From a virus (taxonomy: Duplodnaviria; Caudoviricetes), in IMG/VR virus record IMGVR_UViG_3300020712_000011, positions 1 to 39,307 of that record: DNA of 39,307 nt; one strand, given 5' to 3'. A program made the position numbers and the translations under genes. This document shows, one piece after another, positions 9,053-16,023 of the stretch (its first letter is position 1; each line of letters starts with the position of its first letter). The notes beneath the pieces were generated by a model that saw only the letters and a program-made list of their open reading frames with translations, made no database searches and was not told where the DNA came from.

Positions 9053-9093
9053 TTTATTTTCCTTTCACTCACTCATAAGCCGATCCTATGAGC

Positions 9094-9143
9094 TAGTGCG
9101 CGGCGAGAGGATCGCACTCTCGTGTAGGCCACTAGGCCCGCGC
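9094..9143 (-). ncRNA. tRNA-like intergenic element 1 (no anticodon arm)
   Basis: GCGCGG-GCCTAGTGGCCTACA-CGAGAG-TGCGATC-CTCTCG-CCGCGC-ACTA. Confidence 0.6.
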
Positions 9144-9150
9144 TGCCGGG

Positions 9151-9792
9151 TTATTTATTGCGTACCGGCATAAGTAGGCCGCGCCACTTAATAGAGTCGT
9201 GAGGGATCTCGACCGTTACCGGCTTATTTTCGCCGTGAAAGGTAAATTTATTCATCCCGGCTTTATTCGATCCCGGCACTTTCGCGAAGCTCGCTAGGAA
9301 TTCCGCGTTACATGAAAACTCCGAGAGTGCTATCTTCTCGCTATCCCATAGCTTTTCGAGAGTCTCGGGACCAGGAAAATTAGCGCCTGGGAGATAGATC
9401 GAGAAACTATCCCCGGGAGAATCAAGAGAAGCCGCGCTAATTGATACGGTAAGAATATCCCCGGCCTTAAATAGATTAACCGTTACCGACTTAAAAGTGC
9501 GCTTAGGTAGGGCCTTAAGCGCTGCGAGGATCTTCTTAATGCTCGCTAGTGGGATCGTAAGCGCTTCGAGATCTCCAGACTCAAGAGAAGTCTCTCCGAT
9601 AATAGCTCGAAATCTATCGGTAGCGGTTACTCTTAACTCTCCATCGATTACTCGAATATTTACGCCGTTAAGCGCGGTTAGATCGTCTTTCGGATGAGCT
9701 GCGACCGAAGCGCCGGCGAGTAGATCGCGAAATAGATCCGCGCTAATTGTTACTCCGGTATTTACTTTATTTTCTGCGAGTGTGCTATTCAT
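9151..9792 (-). CDS. DNA polymerase III beta-clamp-like protein (short)
   Basis: LNGV.I......L.VTATDRFR, FP, FNxxFL-like and GLLMPVR end motifs; 213 aa. Confidence 0.7.
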   Translation of the reverse strand: MNSTLAENKVNTGVTISADLFRDLLAGASVAAHPKDDLTALNGVNIRVIDGELRVTATDRFRAIIGETSLESGDLEALTIPLASIKKILAALKALPKRTFKSVTVNLFKAGDILTVSISAASLDSPGDSFSIYLPGANFPGPETLEKLWDSEKIALSEFSCNAEFLASFAKVPGSNKAGMNKFTFHGENKPVTVEIPHDSIKWRGLLMPVRNK

Positions 9793-9834
9793 CGTTTAAC
9801 CTTTCGATAATCTCCCGGGCCGATCCCTAGGAGA

Positions 9835-9881
9835 TAGTGCGCGGGGAGTGAGTTGAACACTCCCGAGCCGCCGGGCCGCGC
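9835..9881 (-). ncRNA. tRNA-like intergenic element 2 (no anticodon arm)
   Basis: GCGCGG-CCCGGCGGCTCG-GGAGTG-TTCAACT-CACTCC-CCGCGC-ACTA. Confidence 0.6.
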
Positions 9882-9888
9882 TGCTTAC

Positions 9889-10050
9889 TTAATGGGGAAA
9901 TAGAAGATCCTTGCAGAATTGCGACATATTCTCGACCGGGACTCGACATCCTTTCGGAGTTGTGTAGTAATTAAGTAAATAAATAACCCCGAGAATAAGC
10001 GCGGCGATAAGTAAGGCCCGGAGTCGCTTCCCGCGTCGAGTGAGCTTCAC
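9889..10050 (-). CDS. Small membrane protein (53 aa, not in ORF track)
   Basis: MKLTRRGKRLRALLIAALILGVIYLL... with one TM helix. Confidence 0.65.
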   Translation of the reverse strand: MKLTRRGKRLRALLIAALILGVIYLLNYYTTPKGCRVPVENMSQFCKDLLFPH

Positions 10051-10623
10051 TTAGTAACTCCGAAAATAATGGCCCGATACTTCGAAAATATCGTGCATAA
10101 GATCGCGAGCGAAAGACTCATAATCGAAGTAACGCGCTAAGAACTCCGGCGCATCGTCTAGCAGCCCCGTGCCGGAGATATATTCCTCCGCCATATCTTG
10201 ATCGCTCGAATATTCTCCAATATAACTATCGCGCATAGTCTCGAGATCGAATTCCATCCCGTTACTTAGCCAGGCGATAACTATTTCGCGCTCATCGTCT
10301 CTAATTTCTGCGAGCTGCCGCGCTGCTTCTGCTGCTTCGCTAGTGTTGCACTCTCCGGTAATAAGTCCGAGAAAATTCTCATGATCCATCACCGAGAATT
10401 CATCGCCGAAGCACTTCACGCAGCGATAAGCCGAATACTCTCCGACCGTTTCCATAGTTGCAATGCCGGCAGACTCGAGATCGTCGCACTCGACTCCATC
10501 GATCCACTTACCGAATAATCTCCCGGAGTTGTAACACGATAAACAGCCTACCCATGCGCGGGGAGTGAAGCTATCTTCATCAGTACCAATTGCAAGAATT
10601 ACGCCGGTATCTAGTGCGCTCAT
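10051..10623 (-). CDS. ardA: Antirestriction protein ArdA
   Basis: WVGCL.CYN.G.L.G.W N-terminus, YIGEY and YFDYESFARDL C-terminus; highly acidic. Confidence 0.88.
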   Translation of the reverse strand: MSALDTGVILAIGTDEDSFTPRAWVGCLSCYNSGRLFGKWIDGVECDDLESAGIATMETVGEYSAYRCVKCFGDEFSVMDHENFLGLITGECNTSEAAEAARQLAEIRDDEREIVIAWLSNGMEFDLETMRDSYIGEYSSDQDMAEEYISGTGLLDDAPEFLARYFDYESFARDLMHDIFEVSGHYFRSY

Positions 10624-10624
10624 A

Positions 10625-10774
10625 TTATGCGCCTACCTTTACGCCGCCGAATTTAATCGCCATACACTCCGGATAAGTACCGGTAAAGATTATACGGTAA
10701 GTATTTCGCGCCACTTCATCGCCGCAGACGATAATATTTCCGAATTTATTCGCTTGTGCCGTGTAGATCTTCAT
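10625..10774 (-). CDS. Small hypothetical protein (49 aa), first gene of the early operon
   Basis: MKIYTAQANKFGNIIVCG...; GAAAGG RBS. Confidence 0.6.
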   Translation of the reverse strand: MKIYTAQANKFGNIIVCGDEVARNTYRIIFTGTYPECMAIKFGGVKVGA

Positions 10775-10825
10775 AGCTTAACCTTTCGATAGTCGGCTAG
10801 GACTCTCCCTAGCTCGTTAGGCATC

Positions 10826-10855
10826 ATTCTAGGGCCATAGATTACGGATGCGCAA
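10826..10855 (-). promoter_or_regulatory. Leftward early promoter
   Basis: TTGCGC-18-TAGAAT with an AGATTACG box (10839-10846) in the spacer; leader hairpin and RBS follow. Confidence 0.65.
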
Positions 10856-11085
10856 GTATCACGGGGATAAATTCGCCGGTAATCGGCCCGGGATTAGATC
10901 AAAATAGCCCGCATTGGGTAGATATTCGCCAGAGAATGGTGTCTGTATCTGGTGTCAAGGTTTCCCCTAATCGGTGGCTTAAGCTGCTATCTGGTATCGG
11001 CGGGCAGGATTGGAGGGTTCACGCTCAATCGGGGGATAATTGGAGGGTTTGGGGGATTACTCAATTTTCCACCCAATCCCGACAT

Positions 11086-11127
11086 ATTCACCACTTAACC
11101 ACTCAAAACCCATTCACCACTTAACCA
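11086..11127 (+). repeat. 16-bp direct repeat ATTCACCACTTAACCA
   Basis: 11086-11101 and 11112-11127, in the non-coding putative genome-end region. Confidence 0.75.
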
Positions 11128-11280
11128 TTACCTATTGATGATCAATCTTTTCTGCTTACGGTTCATTCAAGTGTCAGACTTTAATTCTTCACCACTCATT
11201 CAACCACTATCACTCACCTATTCTGCTAGGTATCTTCCCAAGTGTTACCAGCATCGTATCTCTCAACCTTTACTTAACAC

Positions 11281-11307
11281 TTAGACTATTCTGCTTACTT
11301 TGTCTAA
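11281..11307. promoter_or_regulatory. TTAGAC-N15-GTCTAA site
   Basis: Exact half-sites with a 15-nt spacer. Confidence 0.65.
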
Positions 11308-11764
11308 CCTTTGACTGGGTGAGTGCCGAGGGTGGGTCGGCGCGTATTTTTGATTATCACCCTATCACTCATATGTCATGGCGTAATCTATTCACACCGC
11401 TACTCAAGGTCAGTTGCTTTGAAGAACGCTATTAAGTAATTCATTTCAATCAATCTTTGTTTTCAGATGTACGCTCTTATCGCGTGGTGACAAACCAAAC
11501 CACCCCACACACTCACTAGCGTTTTGCCTCTCTAAAGTTTAGATTCGTGCCTAGCCCGAAGTTACGCTTTCATGTAATCATCTAGTTGGGTTACTCGGGC
11601 GTAGGTAACTTGTGTTACGCCTACCAGATGATCTCGCTTCTAAAGGAAGCTAATCTTTGATAACTCAACCAAGGCTTTTGAGCAGGAGCAGGTTGCCTCA
11701 TCTAACGAGGATTAGAGCCGGTGCGAAACGGCCTCAGACTTTCATAGAGCTAGTCTGACAACTC

Positions 11765-11956
11765 TTACCTTGATAGCCGCTTTTTATTGCGGTTTGTTTC
11801 CTTCAAGGCACTTGAGAATAGCATCTTTTTCTCTGCCTTGCTTAGATCATTCCATGTTTTAGCGTTTGGGTCTATACGAAGTTTATCTGGTATAGAGCGT
11901 TGGACACCCATGACCGCACCCATCTTAGCAGACAGGGATAACTTCTCTCTAGCCAT
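11765..11956 (-). CDS. Small basic hypothetical protein
   Basis: The ATG at 11956 avoids overlap with the divergent gene. Confidence 0.4.
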   Translation of the reverse strand: MAREKLSLSAKMGAVMGVQRSIPDKLRIDPNAKTWNDLSKAEKKMLFSSALKETNRNKKRLSR

Positions 11957-12010
11957 AAGCAAAACCTTATCACAAGTGCTAGGATTTAGATTACTTACGA
12001 AAGGAAAATC

Positions 12011-12232
12011 ATGGGCTACATTAAAAGACTTTTCGGTAATGGTAGAAGTGTGTATGAGTGGGATGGTATTCACACCCCAGCAGTAAATACCAATGCTTCA
12101 TTTGAAACAACAATCCTTAAGGAAGTTATTGCTGAAAAAGAAACTGATTACTCTCAGCTACAACTCAACAGAGAAGATTTGATTACAGTCCTATCACGCA
12201 TAGCAGATGCGCTAGAGGAAATCGCGTACTAA
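12011..12232 (+). CDS. Hypothetical protein
   Basis: AAGGAA RBS; RIADALE motif. Confidence 0.6.
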   Translation: MGYIKRLFGNGRSVYEWDGIHTPAVNTNASFETTILKEVIAEKETDYSQLQLNREDLITVLSRIADALEEIAY

Positions 12233-12233
12233 G

Positions 12234-12452
12234 TTGGAAGAACATACTCATAAGTATTTTGTTATCTGCCCTAGATGTAAGTGGGAGTCTGAGCATTATC
12301 CGTGTCCAGATGGAGTAATGATTGCTTTGGGGATTTGGACAAAGGACTTAGTAGATCATGTCAAAACAAAACATAGAATTTATTATGCCTATTCAGGTAT
12401 AAAGAAAACCAGCATCAAAAGTAAGGTACTGTGTAGTTGTGACAGGAGCTAA
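12234..12452 (+). CDS. Small Zn-finger hypothetical protein
   Basis: CxxC...H...H; overlaps the terminase start. Confidence 0.5.
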   Translation: MEEHTHKYFVICPRCKWESEHYPCPDGVMIALGIWTKDLVDHVKTKHRIYYAYSGIKKTSIKSKVLCSCDRS

Positions 12453-15369
12453 TCTACGCGTTGATGATGAGCGTTGGCGTAAATATGCCAAAGCAATCAA
12501 AGATGGACATTCCCAGCGTACTGCCGCAAAGATGGCTGGCATTAGCCACTCAACAGTTATGCGCCAGTATCGCACTCCCACATCTCGCCTTAACCGCGTT
12601 CTTGGAGAAGCAGGGTTTGAATCTGCCGGCGTTATCAACATTGAAAAGATTAAAGGCGATGCCGAAAAAGCAATCAATGACTTCGGGTATTTTCGCCAAC
12701 GCTACTTTGCTCGCTCGACTTCTCCTTGGGCTGAGGAAGCAGCGTATAAAGTTCTTGCTTTAGCCGAAAGCCCTAACAAGGAATATGTAGTTGTAAACTG
12801 CCCACCTGGTGTTGGTAAAGCCCTAGCATTAGATACTCCTATTGCTACACCTCAAGGATGGACAACGCAAGGTGCGCTTAAAATTGGAGATGAACTTTTT
12901 GACGAGAACGGTCAAATCTGTCGAGTCACAGGGAAATCTGAAATCTTTACAGATAGAGATTGCTATCAAGTAAAAACGGATGATGGCTGTAGCGTAATCG
13001 CTGATGCAGAACATGAGTGGTCTGTGCGATTAGATGGTCATGGGCAATATAACTCATTTTCAATTCCTTATTACAAAGGCAAGACTGGGCCTAAACCATC
13101 TAAGGATGGTCGCCAAATTCACACGACAAAATCTCTCGCCAAATCACGAAGTAAGCGTCCTCAATTACAGGTAGCAAAGGCACTTAACTTACCTGATGTT
13201 ATCCTTCCCTTAGACCCTTATGTTTTAGGAGCATGGCTTGGGGATGGACATGCTAACGGCGCACGCATAACAACACACCCAGATGATACGGAGATTTTAG
13301 ACCGTATTTCTTCTGCTGGATATACCGTTGAGAAGCAAGGTTATATGCTCTACTCAATTACAGGTTCCAAGAAGTATGCGAAAGATAGTTTGACAGCGCA
13401 TCTTCGCCAAGCTGGGGTCTATGGAAATAAACATATTCCTCTTGAGTATTTCAGAGCATCGCACCGCCAGCGACTCGCACTACTTCAAGGGTTAATAGAT
13501 ACAGATGGAAGCGTTAGCGAAGGCGGCTTAATCGAGTTCTGTAATACAAACCCAAATTTAGCATTTGGAGTTCAAGAACTTGTCCACTCGTTAGGCGCAA
13601 AGGCAAGCATCTCCGAGTCGCGTGCTATGTTAAATGGTAAAGATTGTGGTCCACGGTGGAGAGTTACCTTCTACCTTAAGGACGGAGCGTATCTATTAAG
13701 AAAGCGGATACGCACTCGTAATGGCGTTCGCACTCCTAGTCGTTATCTCACCGTTACTAAGGTTGATTCAGTTCCTACTCAATGTATCCAAGTAGATTCA
13801 CCCTCCCACCTTTACCTCGCAGGTAGAGGGTTAATGGTTACTCATAATTCCACATTCTTTACCCATGATCTTCCAGTATGGCTTGCCGTTCGCAATCGCG
13901 CTCGCCGTACCATGATTGGTTCTCGTACCGCAGGACAGGCAACCAAATACACAGGTCGTATTCGCCGTACCTTTGAACGCGTAACCCCAGTCAAAGCCGA
14001 CCCAGTTCTATTGGAAAAGGGTTTAGCTAAAGATGCTGAATCCACGCTCATTACAGACTTCGGTAGGTTCAAACCTTCCAACTCTGATCTTTGGCGGCTA
14101 GATGAATTTATCTTGGCTCAAGATGGTGGAGTTGCGGTAGATGATAAAGAACCAAACTTTGTTGCCTACGGAATGGATTCTGGATTTTTGGGTGGTCGCT
14201 TTGATACCGTTATCTGGGATGACCTTGTAGATAAGACAAATATCCGCACAGTTGAAGCCCGCGAGAATTTGATTAACTGGTGGGAAACTGAAGCTGAAAC
14301 TCGTCTTGACCCTGGCGGTCTTTTGATTTTACAAGGGCAGAGAATGTCGCCCGATGACCTTTACCGATACGCGCTTAATCTCGTAGATTGGTCAGAAGAA
14401 TTTGAAGAAGAACCAGAGAAGGCTCCCAAGAAGTATCACCACATTATTTACAAAGCGCACTATGATGACTTATGTGAAGCAGAAAATAACGGGGGTGTTC
14501 ATCATGGTAACTACCCTGATGGGTGTTTGCTGGATAGTTACCGTTTGCCCTGGCGTGAATTATCACGGGTAAGAAAAAGCAAACTCGATAAGTTCCTTAC
14601 CCTTTATCAGCAAGAAGATGTAGATGCCGAAGCCTCTCTTATTCAGCAAGCATGGATTGACGGGGGCATTGACAAAGACGGGGTTCAATCTCAGGGATGC
14701 TGGGATGCCACCAGAAACATCGGCAATTGGCCTAAAGGAGTTATGGGGTATTCGGTTGTAACCGCCGACCCATCTCCGACAAAATATTGGGCAGTTCAAT
14801 GGTGGGCTTATTCCCCTGATACCAAAATGCAACACCTTGTTGATTTAGCCCGAACCCCTATGGAAGCACCTGACTTCCTTGATTACAACCAAGACACCCG
14901 AACCTATACGGGACTTTTAGAAGAATGGTGGGTTCGTTCTAACGATCAAGGTCACCCTTTTACCTACCTCATAGTGGAGGCAAACGCGGCTCAACGGTTC
15001 ATGTTGCAATATGACCATTTTAAGCGGTGGTCTGCTATTCGTAATGTGAACCTAGTTCCCCATCAAACAAACCGGAACAAATCTGATGAATCGTACGGAG
15101 TTCAGACATTAGCCCCGCACTACAAAGCTGGTCGCGTTCGCTTCCCTGGCGGTGGAACTTACCTTGAGTCTAAAGCCGTTATGAAGCCAATGGTTAAGGA
15201 ACTTATTCAATGGCCTGAAGGTTCTACCGATGACACGGTTATGGCGCATTGGTTCTTGATTTGGAACGCACCCCATCTCTTTGATGGAAATAATGGACAG
15301 GTCTATCAATTCTCCAATCGCCCAGCGTGGGTACAGAGAAATGCTAATCGCTTCAAGCGAGGCGTCTAA
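12439..15369 (+). CDS. terL: Terminase large subunit with N-terminal HTH and intein
   Basis: Walker A PPGVGK|ST split by the intein; Walker B VIWDD; nuclease ADP, VEAN and DDTVMA motifs. Confidence 0.93.
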   Translation: MTGANLRVDDERWRKYAKAIKDGHSQRTAAKMAGISHSTVMRQYRTPTSRLNRVLGEAGFESAGVINIEKIKGDAEKAINDFGYFRQRYFARSTSPWAEEAAYKVLALAESPNKEYVVVNCPPGVGKALALDTPIATPQGWTTQGALKIGDELFDENGQICRVTGKSEIFTDRDCYQVKTDDGCSVIADAEHEWSVRLDGHGQYNSFSIPYYKGKTGPKPSKDGRQIHTTKSLAKSRSKRPQLQVAKALNLPDVILPLDPYVLGAWLGDGHANGARITTHPDDTEILDRISSAGYTVEKQGYMLYSITGSKKYAKDSLTAHLRQAGVYGNKHIPLEYFRASHRQRLALLQGLIDTDGSVSEGGLIEFCNTNPNLAFGVQELVHSLGAKASISESRAMLNGKDCGPRWRVTFYLKDGAYLLRKRIRTRNGVRTPSRYLTVTKVDSVPTQCIQVDSPSHLYLAGRGLMVTHNSTFFTHDLPVWLAVRNRARRTMIGSRTAGQATKYTGRIRRTFERVTPVKADPVLLEKGLAKDAESTLITDFGRFKPSNSDLWRLDEFILAQDGGVAVDDKEPNFVAYGMDSGFLGGRFDTVIWDDLVDKTNIRTVEARENLINWWETEAETRLDPGGLLILQGQRMSPDDLYRYALNLVDWSEEFEEEPEKAPKKYHHIIYKAHYDDLCEAENNGGVHHGNYPDGCLLDSYRLPWRELSRVRKSKLDKFLTLYQQEDVDAEASLIQQAWIDGGIDKDGVQSQGCWDATRNIGNWPKGVMGYSVVTADPSPTKYWAVQWWAYSPDTKMQHLVDLARTPMEAPDFLDYNQDTRTYTGLLEEWWVRSNDQGHPFTYLIVEANAAQRFMLQYDHFKRWSAIRNVNLVPHQTNRNKSDESYGVQTLAPHYKAGRVRFPGGGTYLESKAVMKPMVKELIQWPEGSTDDTVMAHWFLIWNAPHLFDGNNGQVYQFSNRPAWVQRNANRFKRGV
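12820..13848 (+). mobile_element. Class 3 intein with LAGLIDADG homing endonuclease (343 aa)
   Basis: Starts ALALDTP and ends VTHN/S; W (AEHEW), C (TQCIQV) and T (THN) triad; LGAWLGDG and LQGLIDTDG motifs. Confidence 0.92.
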
Positions 15370-15388
15370 AGATTATTAGTGGTAACAT

Positions 15389-15415
15389 TTAGACAGTTAT
15401 TTCTCCATTGTCTAA
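15389..15415. promoter_or_regulatory. TTAGAC-N15-GTCTAA site
   Basis: Intergenic, directly after the terminase. Confidence 0.65.
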
Positions 15416-15432
15416 CGAATTGAGATACCCCC

Positions 15433-15663
15433 ATGGCAACAAATTTAAGAAAGACTACTAAAGCAACTCCAGCACAAAACAAGAAGATGAACACGCCTTC
15501 TGAAATTAAAATCAATAGCCCAAAGGCTAAAGATTCTGGAAAAAAAACTGCCCCTAAAGCCCCAAGTAATCTTCAGACAAAATCTCTTGGCGCAAAGCAA
15601 GGTTCATTTGGTGGCAAATCAGCTAAAAACCCTAACACTAAAAAGATTGTTAAGAGCGTTTAA
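15433..15663 (+). CDS. Small Lys-rich protein
   Basis: Very basic, low complexity. Confidence 0.6.
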   Translation: MATNLRKTTKATPAQNKKMNTPSEIKINSPKAKDSGKKTAPKAPSNLQTKSLGAKQGSFGGKSAKNPNTKKIVKSV

Positions 15664-15824
15664 TGAAAAAGCACCCTGGCTTCAAAGCCGTACAAAATTC
15701 AATTGCCAAAAAAGAAGGCGTATCAAAGAAGGCTGCTGGAGCGATTCTTGCTTCTGCTACCCGCAAGGCTTCACCAGCGGCAAAGAAAGCCAATCCAAAT
15801 CTCAAGAATGTTAAAGGAAAATAA
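15663..15824 (+). CDS. Small Lys/Ala-rich protein (53 aa, not in ORF track)
   Basis: MKKHPGFKAVQNSIAKKEGVSKKAAGAILAS...; TAATG coupling. Confidence 0.7.
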   Translation: MKKHPGFKAVQNSIAKKEGVSKKAAGAILASATRKASPAAKKANPNLKNVKGK

Positions 15825-15980
15825 ATGGCTACCAAGAAAAAGTGGACAGAAAAATCTGATGACAAATCAGATAAGAAGGCTGGCATCAAAGACGGCTCAA
15901 AGCGCGACATGGCACTTGATAAGAAGCGCGGTTTGCCAAAAGATGTTGTTATGAAGAACGCAAAGAAAAAGTCCAAGTAA
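15825..15980 (+). CDS. Small Lys-rich protein (51 aa, not in ORF track)
   Basis: MATKKKWTEKSDDKSDKKAG...; AAGGA RBS. Confidence 0.65.
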   Translation: MATKKKWTEKSDDKSDKKAGIKDGSKRDMALDKKRGLPKDVVMKNAKKKSK

Positions 15981-16023
15981 GGGCATTAGTTTCATTCAAG
16001 TTGTTTTAGTAGAAGGATAAATA

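Noticed and set aside
9094-9884. Canonical tRNA genes
   Set aside because: Only about 50 nt, no anticodon arm, 6+6 stems; kept as tRNA-like elements instead
10565-11124. Plus-strand ORFs 10565-10792 and 10936-11124
   Set aside because: Antisense to real genes or made of repeats; no convincing RBS
11734-11758. TCAGAC...GTCTGA as another N15 site
   Set aside because: Spacer is 13 nt and the half-sites differ; treated as a hairpin
11490-11760. Hammerhead ribozyme or group I intron
   Set aside because: No CUGANGA/GAAA core or intron P7 motif recognised
15587-15976. ORF-track calls 15587-15814, 15703-15954 and 15650-15976(-)
   Set aside because: Shadow frames of the coupled Lys-rich ORFs 15663-15824 and 15825-15980
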